This document shows positions 8,925-17,731 of a stretch of 32,000 nucleotides of DNA, piece by piece. The stretch is taken from positions 1,110,001 to 1,142,000 of the forward strand of contig NC_014729.1 in NCBI RefSeq assembly GCF_000172995.2, written 5' to 3'. How positions within the stretch are numbered: the stretch's first letter is position 1; every line of letters starts with the position of its first letter. Both the position numbers and the translations under genes were made by a program. The notes beneath the pieces are model-generated. The model had not been told where the DNA came from, did not search any database, and was given only the letters and a program-made list of their open reading frames with translations. Source of the DNA: Halogeometricum borinquense DSM 11551. Lineage in GTDB: Archaea; Halobacteriota; Halobacteria; Halobacteriales; Haloferacaceae.

Positions 8925-11189
8925 CTATGTCTGCTCGAACCGCTGCCGTTCCGTCTCGACGGCCGCGACGTCCGAGCCGTAGCGTTCTACGAGAGAGACG
9001 GACGCGTCTCCGAGTGCCTTCATCGCGTTTCGCGTCGAGTGGTAGTCGAGTTCGTCAGCGACAGTCGCCCACGGGTTCCCCTGCAACACTTTCCTGACGA
9101 GTAGTCGCTCCGCTTCGGGCGAACAAGGCGAATCGTTGTCGTTCAGCGCGCGGTGTGCCAGCGTCCGAAAGGCGTCGGGCGCGGTGGTGTACATCCCCGG
9201 CCCGAACGATGCACCGACGACGACGCGCCACTCGCGGTCCGTGAGTTCGACCGGCGGCGAGGCGTCGCAAGCGCGAATCGCCGCACGGACCACGTCGGGG
9301 TCGGCGTCACTCAGCGGGTCCGAGAGGACGCCCGGCATCCTGTCGAGGAACCATCCAGCGTGTCTGTCGTGGAGTCGTTGCCCCGCCTCGGTAAGTGGGT
9401 TGAGCATCAGCGCGGAGTACTCGCCGCTGGTTTCGTTACGCGTCGTCGAGAAATGGACGGTCGAGTAGCCGTTGTCGTCCCAAAAGGAGAGTAGTTCAGG
9501 CGTCGCGCCGTATCCGACGCCGAGATAGTCCACGTCCGCGTTTCCATCCCCTTTCGCTTCCTTCTCCGCGTGAATCTCCGAGAGCAGACGGGAACCGAGT
9601 CCGGACGACCGGACGGCGTGGTGGGTGGCGATGCGCATGACGCGGTAGCCGATTGGTGCCGCGGCGTCCTCATCGCGGAGTTGACTCGTGAACACGTCCG
9701 GAAGCATATTTCCGCGAACCCGCTCCCCTTCGTACATCGACCGGCGTGTCTCTGCGTCAAGGCCGCCTTCGCGTGCGAGGAGAGCGACGCTGACGACGTG
9801 GCCGTCGTGCATCAGTGCGCGGCACTCGAGGTTCGGTGCGTCCAAGAGACGGGCTAAGTCGTCCGGTTCGGTCCGGTAGTGCGCGAGGACGAGGAGACCG
9901 AATACCTCGCGTAGGAGGTGTTCGTCGCTGGCCAGTTCGTCTGCGGAGAGTGCGCGGTACTCGGTCGATTCGGGTGCCGCATCTGTGACGAGTGGAGATA
10001 CGGCCGGCCGGGCATCGAGGAGGAGTGTACGGAACGCCCACGTTTCTACCGGATCACTGCGGGCGTAGCGGATTGGTTCGTCCATCTGCACATCAGTCAC
10101 CGACAGGTCGCTCTCGGCCAGACGGTCGCGGAATCGGACGGAGAACCCTCGACCCGCGCCCTCGTAGCCGTGGACAGTGGTGAAAAAGCCAGCCGACGGC
10201 GCATCTGCGAACGCGGCGAGGAGGCGAACCGGAACAGCCGCCGCCTCGTCCACGAGAAGCACGTCGGGGTCGTCGGGACGTGTTGCGGCCGTCGGCGGGT
10301 CGGTAAAGCGGATGCGGCCACCGCCTCTTGCGCTGACGACGTGCGCCTCCTCGTCGTGTGAGCCGAACGTCCCTGTCTCACGAAGGAGTTCAATCGCGCG
10401 GGCGAAGACTTCGCGCGCGTTTCCGTACGCGGGAGCCGTCACGAGAACGTCCCGTCCATCCGCTGCGAGACTCCCGGCAGCGAGACCGGCGGCACTCGAC
10501 TTCCCGCGTCCTCTGTCGGCTTCGACGACGACTGCCTCCCCGGCGTTACGAAGGCGTTCGAGGGCGGCGAGTGTACGCGATTGGTCGGCCGTGAGACAGG
10601 CGTCGTAGGCCGCACGCGGATACGTATGGCCGTGTGGCGGTGACGGAGTGTGGTCGTCGCGACCGGGCGGAGCGTCCACGGAGCCATTTCGTTCGACAGT
10701 ATCCGTATCAAGGTTTACAACGGCGACACCGGGATGCGTCCTGAGCGTCTCTACAAGGCGCGTTCGGAAGCGGCCACCCACGTCGGAGACTGAAACTGGT
10801 GGGACGGCGAGCGATTCCTCGAACGAGCCGTCCGTCTCGGGCCATTCGTCAAGGGGCGGCGCAAGAAGGACGAACAGGCCGCCACCATCTACGACGCCTG
10901 CGAGGCGACCGAGGACGTTCGGTGAGAACTCCTCGTGAGCGTCGCAGACGACGACCGTTCGGGTCGTTCCAAGAAGCGTCCGGGCGTGTTTTGGGCGCAC
11001 GCGTTCGAAGCGGAACCCCTCGCGTGCGGTGACAAACGCCACTTCGTCGTCAGGCACGTCAGCACCGTCGAGGACATCGAACGCGGCGTCGATACCGGCG
11101 TCGCGGTCACCGGCGAGGACGAGGAGTCGCCGCTGATTTGTGTCTCGTGCCGCCGTCCGGAGGTCGGCCGCGAGTGCGGCGAGGTTCAT
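8925..11189 (-). CDS. tmcA: tRNA(Met) cytidine N4-acetyltransferase (TmcA/Nat10-like)
   Basis: I set the start at ATG 11189 (MNLAALAADLRTAARDTNQRRLLVLAGDRDAG). Walker A motif GRGKSSAAG is present, followed by a GNAT region (RIATHHAVRSSGLGSRLL) and a C-terminal tRNA-binding-like tail. The ORF-track N-extension is Arg/Pro-rich shadow sequence. Confidence 0.85.
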   Translation of the reverse strand: MNLAALAADLRTAARDTNQRRLLVLAGDRDAGIDAAFDVLDGADVPDDEVAFVTAREGFRFERVRPKHARTLLGTTRTVVVCDAHEEFSPNVLGRLAGVVDGGGLFVLLAPPLDEWPETDGSFEESLAVPPVSVSDVGGRFRTRLVETLRTHPGVAVVNLDTDTVERNGSVDAPPGRDDHTPSPPHGHTYPRAAYDACLTADQSRTLAALERLRNAGEAVVVEADRGRGKSSAAGLAAGSLAADGRDVLVTAPAYGNAREVFARAIELLRETGTFGSHDEEAHVVSARGGGRIRFTDPPTAATRPDDPDVLLVDEAAAVPVRLLAAFADAPSAGFFTTVHGYEGAGRGFSVRFRDRLAESDLSVTDVQMDEPIRYARSDPVETWAFRTLLLDARPAVSPLVTDAAPESTEYRALSADELASDEHLLREVFGLLVLAHYRTEPDDLARLLDAPNLECRALMHDGHVVSVALLAREGGLDAETRRSMYEGERVRGNMLPDVFTSQLRDEDAAAPIGYRVMRIATHHAVRSSGLGSRLLSEIHAEKEAKGDGNADVDYLGVGYGATPELLSFWDDNGYSTVHFSTTRNETSGEYSALMLNPLTEAGQRLHDRHAGWFLDRMPGVLSDPLSDADPDVVRAAIRACDASPPVELTDREWRVVVGASFGPGMYTTAPDAFRTLAHRALNDNDSPCSPEAERLLVRKVLQGNPWATVADELDYHSTRNAMKALGDASVSLVERYGSDVAAVETERQRFEQT

Positions 11190-11305
11190 ACCCGGCGTTG
11201 GGCAGGGGTAAGTAAGGTACTTTCCGCTCGTGTTCGGTGGACTTCCACGACGACGTGAACGTCCCGAGAACGTGCGTGCGGGCACGTGGCATGGGAGGAA
11301 AGCAT

Positions 11306-11320
11306 TGAAAGCGTTTTTAT
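11306..11320 (+). promoter_or_regulatory. Candidate BRE/TATA (GAAAGCGTTTTTAT) for the rpl7ae operon
   Basis: This is the only strong AT-rich box in the 263-nt divergent spacer. It would place the TSS near 11345 and give a leader of about 105 nt. It could also serve tmcA on the other strand. Confidence 0.4.
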
Positions 11321-11407
11321 GGGGTCCTGAGCTATCAGACTGTACAGCCTGCCCGGGGTTGATGAATGCTCCTCGCCGAGAGGGAACGACCGCGACCAGC
11401 AGAGGTC

Positions 11408-11432
11408 CGCCGGCGAGGATGTCGAGCCCGCG
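11408..11432 (+). promoter_or_regulatory. Candidate k-turn-like hairpin in the rpl7ae 5' leader
   Basis: The RNA reads CGC-C-GGC / GAG / GA / UGUC / GA / GCC-C-GCG. That is a canonical stem, a 3-nt bulge and tandem G.A/A.G pairs capped by a short loop. It lies about 10 nt upstream of the GGTGA SD (11443-11447). Confidence 0.25.
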
Positions 11433-11452
11433 AGCAGGAATAGGTGAACAAC

Positions 11453-11815
11453 ATGGCAGTATACGTAGAATTCGACGTCCCAGCCGACCTCGCAGAAGAC
11501 GCCCTTGAGGCGCTCGAGGTCGCACGAGACACAGGCACGGTAAAGAAAGGTACGAACGAGACGACCAAAGCGGTCGAGCGCGGCAACGCCGAGCTCGTCC
11601 TCGTCGCCGAAGACGTCTCCCCCGAGGAGATTGTGATGCACCTCCCCGAAATCGCAGACGAGAAGGGCATCCCGTACATCTTCATCGAGACGCAGGACGA
11701 AGTCGGTCACGCTGCGGGTCTCGAAGTCGGCTCCGCTGCTGCCGCCATCGTCGACGCTGGCGAGGCACAGGAGCAGGTCGAAGACATCGCCGCGAAGGTC
11801 GAGGAACTTCAGTAA
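11453..11815 (+). CDS. rpl7ae: 50S ribosomal protein L7Ae
   Basis: [13 protein letters not shown]...[31 protein letters not shown] is canonical L7Ae. ATG 11453 is preceded by GGTGA. The ORF-track start at 11444 is a GTG inside the SD. Confidence 0.95.
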   Translation: MAVYVEFDVPADLAEDALEALEVARDTGTVKKGTNETTKAVERGNAELVLVAEDVSPEEIVMHLPEIADEKGIPYIFIETQDEVGHAAGLEVGSAAAAIVDAGEAQEQVEDIAAKVEELQ

Positions 11816-11821
11816 TCGACC

Positions 11822-12046
11822 ATGAGCGCAGAAGAGACCGCCAGCGACTCGACGTCCGCAGAGGTCATCGAGATCGTTGGCAAGACCGGGATGCATGGCG
11901 AGGCCATGCAGGTCAAATGCCGCATCCGCGAAGGCTCGAACCAGGGCCGGATCATCACGCGGAACGTGCTGGGCCCCGTACGTGAGGGCGACATCCTCCA
12001 ACTGCGCGAGACCCAGCGCGACGCCGACTCCATCGGAGGTCAGTAA
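11822..12046 (+). CDS. rps28e: 30S ribosomal protein S28e
   Basis: [47 protein letters not shown] is canonical S28e. It starts 6 nt after rpl7ae. Confidence 0.95.
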   Translation: MSAEETASDSTSAEVIEIVGKTGMHGEAMQVKCRIREGSNQGRIITRNVLGPVREGDILQLRETQRDADSIGGQ

Positions 12047-12048
12047 CA

Positions 12049-12255
12049 ATGGTAGAGAAGCGCACGTGCGATTACTCGGGTGAAGAGATCGAGCCCGGTA
12101 CGGGCACGATGTACGTCAAGAACGACGGAAGCATCCTCCACTTCAAGGACTCGAAGGCCGAGAAGAACTACTTCCTCGGCCGCGAGGCGCGTGACCTCGA
12201 GTGGACGGCCGAAGGGCAGGCCGCAAGCGGAGCTTCGGAGGCGTCCGAAGAATGA
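12049..12255 (+). CDS. rpl24e: 50S ribosomal protein L24e
   Basis: [36 protein letters not shown] is canonical L24e. It starts 2 nt after rps28e. Confidence 0.95.
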   Translation: MVEKRTCDYSGEEIEPGTGTMYVKNDGSILHFKDSKAEKNYFLGREARDLEWTAEGQAASGASEASEE

Positions 12256-12713
12256 GCGACGAACGCACCTTCGTGATGGTCAAGCCCGACGGCGTCCAGC
12301 GCGGCCTCATCGGCGAGATTGTCTCTCGCTTCGAGGACCGCGGTCTCAAGATGGTCGCCGGCAAGTTCATGCAGATCGACGAGGAGCTCGCCCACGAACA
12401 TTACGGCGAGCACAAAGACAAGCCGTTCTTCGACGGTCTCGTTGACTTCATCACGTCCGGGCCCGTCTTTGCGATGGTCTGGGAAGGACAGGACGCGACG
12501 CGTCAGGTCCGCCGCATGATGGGCGAGACCGACCCCGCAGAGTCCGCCCCCGGAACCATCCGCGGTGACTACGGACTCGACCTTGGCCGAAACGTCATCC
12601 ACGGTTCGGACCACGAGGACGAGGGCGCAAACGAGCGCGAGATCAGCCTGTTCTTCGACGAAGACGAACTGGTTGACTACGAGCGCATCGACGAAACCTG
12701 GCTCTACGAGTAA
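12252..12713 (+). CDS. ndk: Nucleoside diphosphate kinase
   Basis: [23 protein letters not shown]...NVIHGSD. ATGA overlap with the rpl24e stop. The ORF-track start at 12201 lies inside rpl24e. Confidence 0.95.
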   Translation: MSDERTFVMVKPDGVQRGLIGEIVSRFEDRGLKMVAGKFMQIDEELAHEHYGEHKDKPFFDGLVDFITSGPVFAMVWEGQDATRQVRRMMGETDPAESAPGTIRGDYGLDLGRNVIHGSDHEDEGANEREISLFFDEDELVDYERIDETWLYE

Positions 12714-12725
12714 TCACTCGGGCCG

Positions 12726-12736
12726 TTTTTCGTTTT
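12726..12736 (+). terminator. T-tract terminator candidate for the rpl7ae-ndk operon
   Basis: TTTTTCGTTTT begins 13 nt after the ndk stop. Archaeal termination typically occurs at oligo-T tracts. Confidence 0.4.
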
Positions 12737-12756
12737 CTACTCCGAGAAGAGCAACA

Positions 12757-12803
12757 GCGATCCCGACTGTCTCCACGCTCGTGTTTCTGTGAGCGGGATC
12801 GCT
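12757..12803. repeat. 10-bp inverted repeat (AGCGATCCCG ... CGGGATCGCT) with a 27-nt spacer
   Basis: Read directly in the convergent ndk/metE intergenic region. Function unknown. Confidence 0.5.
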
Positions 12804-12883
12804 ACACAATTTGTGGATACGAGTACGGCCTTCGTCGAAACCAAACGTCGCCACAACAAAGACAACCCCCGTAAGTCGCGCGT

Positions 12884-13957
12884 TCAGTCGGCCTGCGGGG
12901 TGGGAACGTCGAGGTCGATGTCGCCCGCGTCGAGTTCGGCCTCGACCTCGCGGGCGGCCGTGACCATGTTCTCCATCTTCTGGTAGGCCACTTCGCGCGG
13001 GAGGAGCTTCACGCCGCAGTCGGGCGAGACGGTGAGTTTCTCCGGCGGAACGACTTTCAGGCCCTCCAAGATGTTCTCTTTGATCTCCTCGACGGATTCG
13101 ACTTCGGCGGTGTGAACATCCACGACGCCGAGTGCGAGGTCCGGTTCGAACTCGGGGTCGGTGAACACGTCGATCTGCTCGTAGCCGCCGTTACAGAGTT
13201 CCACGTCGAACTCGTCGATGGGGTAGTCGTTTATCTCGGGGTAGATGCGCGAGTAGTCGCCGTAGCAGACGTGCAGACCGATACGCACTTCCTCGGGAAT
13301 CCCGTCAACGATGCGTTCGAGACACTCGCCGACGATAGCGTGGTCGTCCGGCGTCGTCGCCAGCGCCGGTTCGTCGATCTGGACGTAGCGCGCGCCAGCC
13401 TCGACCAGTTTCTCGACTTCTTCGTTCACGAGGTCAGCGAGGTCGTACGCCAGATCCGCTTCAGTGTCGTAGGCCTCGTTAAACGACCACCGCGCGAGCG
13501 TGTACGGGCCCGTGATGGGGACTTTGACCGGTTTCTCTGCGACGTTCGAGGTAAACTCGAACTCATCGACCAGCCACGGCTCGTCGTACTCGACTTCGCT
13601 TGCGACGGACGGTTTGTCGAAGTAGTTGTGACCCCACACTTTCACCGGGCCGTTGAACTCGTAGCCGGGGATGCGGTGGGCGAAGTACTCGACCATCTCC
13701 TCGCGGCGCATCTCGCCGTCCACGACGGTGTCGAGTCCGGCGTTCTCGTGTTCGTGCGTGATGACGCGCGCGGCGTCGTCGTACGCCTCTTCTAAGTCCT
13801 CGTCGTCAAATTTCGACTCGTCGTCTTCGGCGAGTTCTTTCGAGCGGTTCAGCCACTTCGGTTTGGGATAGCTTCCGACCACCGTGGTCAGAAGGAAGTG
13901 TTCGGACTCGTGTCCGTGCGGGCGGAACTGTTCGCGGTTGGATGCGTCGCGGGACAT
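12884..13957 (-). CDS. metE: Cobalamin-independent methionine synthase, catalytic (MetE C-terminal-barrel-like) protein
   Basis: I set the start at ATG 13957 (MSRDASNREQF...TTVVGSYPKPKWL). Zn-ligand pattern present: HVC, DVE and PDCG. The ORF-track N-extension overlaps the upstream gene. Confidence 0.9.
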   Translation of the reverse strand: MSRDASNREQFRPHGHESEHFLLTTVVGSYPKPKWLNRSKELAEDDESKFDDEDLEEAYDDAARVITHEHENAGLDTVVDGEMRREEMVEYFAHRIPGYEFNGPVKVWGHNYFDKPSVASEVEYDEPWLVDEFEFTSNVAEKPVKVPITGPYTLARWSFNEAYDTEADLAYDLADLVNEEVEKLVEAGARYVQIDEPALATTPDDHAIVGECLERIVDGIPEEVRIGLHVCYGDYSRIYPEINDYPIDEFDVELCNGGYEQIDVFTDPEFEPDLALGVVDVHTAEVESVEEIKENILEGLKVVPPEKLTVSPDCGVKLLPREVAYQKMENMVTAAREVEAELDAGDIDLDVPTPQAD

Positions 13958-14967
13958 TATGCTTCCACCTCCGATTCGAGGTCGGCGGCCGCCGCAAGGG
14001 CGGCGAGTTTCTCTTGATGTTTGTTCACGGGAAGGTAGAACGGTTCGGTGTTCGTCGTGACGTAGGCGGTGTCGAACTCGCTTGCGTGAATCTGGTCGTT
14101 GACCCATTCGACGCGTTCGCGGATGGTCTCGGGATCCTCGACGAGCGTGTTTTGCCCGTCAGCGAGGCCGAGCGCCACGTCGTCTTTCGCGCCGTATTCG
14201 TTGATGTTGTACAGCGTCGTTTCTCTATCGCCGGCCACGAAGTCGAAGCCGATAGCCTCGATGTCGGCGTCCATCAGGTGCGCGTACGTCTTCTCGTCTA
14301 TCGCATCCCAGTAGGTGTGGACGACCACGTCGGCGTCCGTCGCGCCTGCGACAGCGTCGATGGCTTCGGGAACGCGCTCGGCGATATCGTCGTCGGGCGC
14401 GTCGGTCGCCAGCGAGGGGTCCAAGAGGAACAGCGTCTCGTGGTCGGGGAACGCCTCGACTTCGCCGCCGAGGAAGTCTCCAATGGCCGCGAGGAAGTCC
14501 GCCTCGTCGCCGTAATACTCGTCCGTAGCGAGTTCCGCAAGCGAGTACGGGCCGGGGAGAACGGCCTGTAGAGGCGTTTCGCCCGCAAACTCCGACGCCG
14601 CTTCCAACTCCGCGGCCACGTCGCCGGAGAACGACAGGTCGCCGACGACCTGCGGGTCGCGGTAGAAGTTGTTGTTGTCGTAGTATCGGACGATTCCACC
14701 CGTCTCGACGTTGTCGTGAATGGTCAGCGGGTGCGCGAGCATGTCGTCCCAACGGAGTTGGCCTTCGACAACTCGGTCGAGGCCAGCGTCGAGTTGGTCG
14801 GCGACGACTTCCTCGCGCGCGTCTTCGTAGACGGCGACGATATCATCCGTCTCGTCGCCGGAGATAAGGTCGTCTTTCTGGTGCCCTTTGAGGTCTGAGA
14901 GGTCCGACTTCGCCCAGTCCGGGAGGGGGAACAATCCGGGCGAGGTCGCTACCAGTTCGGTCATCAC
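13957..14967 (-). CDS. MetE-like protein lacking the Zn-ligand cysteines (N-terminal-barrel equivalent)
   Basis: Paralogous to the downstream gene (TSPGLFPLPDWAK versus GSYPKPKWL). It has HTY where the paralogue has HVC, and TNTEP where the paralogue has SPDCG. TAATG stop/start overlap with metE. Confidence 0.8.
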   Translation of the reverse strand: MMTELVATSPGLFPLPDWAKSDLSDLKGHQKDDLISGDETDDIVAVYEDAREEVVADQLDAGLDRVVEGQLRWDDMLAHPLTIHDNVETGGIVRYYDNNNFYRDPQVVGDLSFSGDVAAELEAASEFAGETPLQAVLPGPYSLAELATDEYYGDEADFLAAIGDFLGGEVEAFPDHETLFLLDPSLATDAPDDDIAERVPEAIDAVAGATDADVVVHTYWDAIDEKTYAHLMDADIEAIGFDFVAGDRETTLYNINEYGAKDDVALGLADGQNTLVEDPETIRERVEWVNDQIHASEFDTAYVTTNTEPFYLPVNKHQEKLAALAAAADLESEVEA

Positions 14968-14990
14968 TCCCGGCTACGAAATGCCGGTGC

Positions 14991-15000
14991 TTAATATTTG
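14991..15000 (-). promoter_or_regulatory. TATA-like box for the metE pair
   Basis: The minus strand reads CAAATATTAA, centred about 29 nt upstream of ATG 14967. This fits a leaderless transcript. Confidence 0.4.
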
Positions 15001-15023
15001 CGTATGCCGTATATTCTTCTGAG

Positions 15024-15599
15024 TTATTTCGTGAGTTGGAGTACCGACAGTGTCTCGAACGGGTACGACTCCTGAACGACCGTTTCGTAGTCGAAACCGC
15101 GGGATTCGACGCGTTCCGTGACTTCGTCAAACCCGGTTAGAGAACTGACAAGGAGGAGGACGCGCCCGCCGTCGGTGAGGATGCGACCCACTTCGTCTAC
15201 GAACGGGTTGAGGAACTTCCGTCCGCTCTCACCGCCCGAGAGGGCGTGTTCCATCCAGTCGTCCCACTCGTTGTCCGGGTCCGTCGGCAGATACGGTGGG
15301 TTGAACGCGACCGTGTCGAACGAACCGTCGCGGAATGGGTTTACGAGGTTCGCGCGCACCGCTTCGATGCCGAGATGGCCTTCCGCACGGAGTTTCTCAC
15401 CTCGTTTACGGGCACTCTCGCAGGCGTGCGGATTCACGTCGCTTGCGACGACGCAGTCTACGTCTGCCTTCCGCGCGGCTTGTTCTGCGACCCATCCCGA
15501 CCCAGTTCCGACTTCGAGGAACCGACCACGCGCGTGGTCTACAACGGCCTCTGCGAGGAGTGCAGAGTCTTCTGCGGGTTGGTAGACGTTCGTCTCCAT
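15024..15599 (-). CDS. HemK/Mtq2-like N5-glutamine (release factor) methyltransferase
   Basis: METNVYQPAEDSALLAEAV..., SAM motif LEVGTGSGWVA, and NPPY. The start is ambiguous. ATG 15599 gives a family-typical N-terminus, while the ORF-track start at 15632 is a GTG overlapping the mscS stop. Confidence 0.8.
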   Translation of the reverse strand: METNVYQPAEDSALLAEAVVDHARGRFLEVGTGSGWVAEQAARKADVDCVVASDVNPHACESARKRGEKLRAEGHLGIEAVRANLVNPFRDGSFDTVAFNPPYLPTDPDNEWDDWMEHALSGGESGRKFLNPFVDEVGRILTDGGRVLLLVSSLTGFDEVTERVESRGFDYETVVQESYPFETLSVLQLTK

Positions 15600-15628
15600 C
15601 CCGCGCCGTTCGGCCAAGTCACGGCCAG

Positions 15629-16804
15629 TCACGCGTCGTCACTCCCGCCGTCGGGGGTTGGTTCGGTCTGCCGGCGATGCTCACTCTCACGCTCGTCTCC
15701 CGCAACGACGAAGCCGTCCGCCTCCTGTCGAGCCATGAGTTCGCGTTGCGGGAAGGGAATCTTGATGTCTGCGGATTCGAAGGCGTCTTTCACCGCGGCA
15801 ATGACCGCCGTCTGCGTCCGCCACTTGCGGCGCGCGCTCGGTCGGTCGATCCAAACGCGAATGCCGAGGATGATCGCGGAGTCGGCGAACTGCTTGAGGA
15901 CGACCTGCGGCGTCGGAACGTTGAGCGGGTCGTCCAATTCCTCGACGGCCTCCAGCGCGAGTTCCGCGGCGCGTTCGGGATCTGCATCGTAATCGACGCC
16001 GACCTCGACTTCGATGCGGAGTCTCCCCTTTCGACTCCGATTGATGAGGCTTTCGGAGGAGACGACGTCGTTCGGGACCATCACGTACTCGCCGTCGAAC
16101 GTCTGAATGCGCGTGTTGACGATGGTGATGTCGGTGACGATACCCTCGTGGTCGCCGACTTCGATCCAGTCACCGATCTCGAACGGGCGAGAGAACATGA
16201 GGACGAATCCTGCCAGCAGCGCGCCGAGCGTCTGTCTGGCGGCCATCCCGACGACGATACCGAGGAATCCCGCACCGACGAGGATGCCGCTGAGATTCAC
16301 CTCCCAGATAGCCAAGACGATGGCGATGGTGAACGCATAGAGGAACACCTGTGCGATGCGGAACGCGATTTCGCGTTGGTGCTGGCTCACTGCCGGGCGG
16401 GCGGCCGTCACCTCATCAACGAGGCGCCGGACGAGACCCGTCATCGTGTACGCGCCGACGACGAGAAGGACAGAAAGCCCGAGTTTGACGAACGAATCGT
16501 AGCCCAAGTCGTAGCCCTCGAACACCGACGCCACTGCCTCTGCTTGTCCCCAGACACCGACGATGACGGCCGCAGCGGCTGTCGCAAGCGTCATCGTCGT
16601 GAGCGACACGAGTAGGCTCCACAACGCGCTTGGGATGCCCGGTAAGTCGTAGTCGTGGAGTTCGTCGCTCTTTGCGAGCAGTGCAGTGACGAAGAAGATG
16701 ACTGCACCGGTGACGAGGGCGCGTCCGGTGAACGACGGGACGGCCTCCGCGAGTTCACTGAGGGCGGATACACCGCCCTGGAGCAGTATCGGCGTGAGAG
16801 CCAT
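15629..16804 (-). CDS. MscS-family mechanosensitive channel
   Basis: Multiple N-terminal TM helices followed by the MscS core (FSRPFEIGDWIEVGDHEGIVTDITIVNTRIQTFDGEYVMVPN). It starts 10 nt after the ksgA stop. Confidence 0.9.
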   Translation of the reverse strand: MALTPILLQGGVSALSELAEAVPSFTGRALVTGAVIFFVTALLAKSDELHDYDLPGIPSALWSLLVSLTTMTLATAAAAVIVGVWGQAEAVASVFEGYDLGYDSFVKLGLSVLLVVGAYTMTGLVRRLVDEVTAARPAVSQHQREIAFRIAQVFLYAFTIAIVLAIWEVNLSGILVGAGFLGIVVGMAARQTLGALLAGFVLMFSRPFEIGDWIEVGDHEGIVTDITIVNTRIQTFDGEYVMVPNDVVSSESLINRSRKGRLRIEVEVGVDYDADPERAAELALEAVEELDDPLNVPTPQVVLKQFADSAIILGIRVWIDRPSARRKWRTQTAVIAAVKDAFESADIKIPFPQRELMARQEADGFVVAGDERESEHRRQTEPTPDGGSDDA

Positions 16805-16814
16805 GCTGATCAGT

Positions 16815-17684
16815 TTATCGCCCGTGTTCGTCCGCGAGGGCCGTCAAAGCGGCGAACGCTTCCGGAGACATGTTCCCCGCTCGCTTCCGCAGCACGTCCT
16901 CGTCTGCGGCCTCGACGACGGCCTCGGGGTCTTCGAGTCCGGAGATGTGTGCAGTATTTCGGATACCGTTGCGGATGGTCTTGCGACGTTGTGTGAACAA
17001 CGCCTTGACGAAATCAAGGAAGAACGCCTCGTCGTCCACTTCGTAGTCCGGCGCACGCGGCGTCACGCGGACGACAACGCTCTCGACTGCGGGCGCGGGG
17101 TCGAACGCCTCCTTCGGAACCGTCTCGACGACTTCCACGTCGCCGTAGTGCTGTGCGCTCACCGAGAGACGGCCGTACTCGTCGGTACCTGTCTCGGCGG
17201 CCATTCGCTCGCCGAACTCCTTTTGGAACATCAAGACGAGCGGGACGCCGCGCGGAAGCAGCCGGAAGGTAATCTCAGACGAGATGCCGTACGGAAGATT
17301 CGAGACGCAGGCGGTGAACTCGGGGAGGTCGATTTCGAGGGCGTCTCCCTCCAGAATTGTCAGTCGGTCCGCCTCGATAGCGTCAGCGAACTCCTCGCGG
17401 AGAAACTCTGCAAGGCGCGTGTCGCGTTCGACCACCGTCACACGGTCTGCGACGCGGAGCAGACGGTCGGTCAGCGCCCCCGTCCCACCGCCGACTTCGA
17501 GGACGTGCGAGGTATCAGTATCCTCCGGGAGATAGCTGGGGATACGGTCGAGGACGCGGTCGTCGACGAGAAAATGTTGGTCTTGGTCGGGATCGCCGCG
17601 CAGGCCCGCCCGTCGGATGAGTCGGTCTGGGTCGCGTGGCGGGTGCGCTGCGGTCTCTGTCCTGTCTGGCTCCGGCTCGGTCAT
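16815..17684 (-). CDS. rsmA: 16S rRNA (adenine-N6,N6)-dimethyltransferase KsgA/Dim1
   Basis: QHFLVD, SAM motif VLEVGGGTGALT, and SNLPYGISS. Confidence 0.9.
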   Translation of the reverse strand: MTEPEPDRTETAAHPPRDPDRLIRRAGLRGDPDQDQHFLVDDRVLDRIPSYLPEDTDTSHVLEVGGGTGALTDRLLRVADRVTVVERDTRLAEFLREEFADAIEADRLTILEGDALEIDLPEFTACVSNLPYGISSEITFRLLPRGVPLVLMFQKEFGERMAAETGTDEYGRLSVSAQHYGDVEVVETVPKEAFDPAPAVESVVVRVTPRAPDYEVDDEAFFLDFVKALFTQRRKTIRNGIRNTAHISGLEDPEAVVEAADEDVLRKRAGNMSPEAFAALTALADEHGR

Positions 17685-17731
17685 CGAGTGTGGTTTCGTC
17701 CGAGCCGGTGTAAACGTCTCGGCTTCACCAC

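Noticed and set aside
11328-11364. Box D-like CUGA (11328-11331) and box C-like UGAUGA (11359-11364) in the tmcA/rpl7ae spacer, suggesting a C/D sRNA or k-loop.
   Set aside because: The order is D then C with about 27 nt between them. I could find no terminal stem or complementary flanks. The predicted rpl7ae TSS (about 11345) would fall between the two boxes. I kept only the 11408-11432 candidate.
12789-12986. 65-aa ORF spanning the ndk/metE intergenic region into metE.
   Set aside because: It overlaps the 3' end of metE on the opposite strand, has Ser/Thr/Arg-rich composition, and has no start context.
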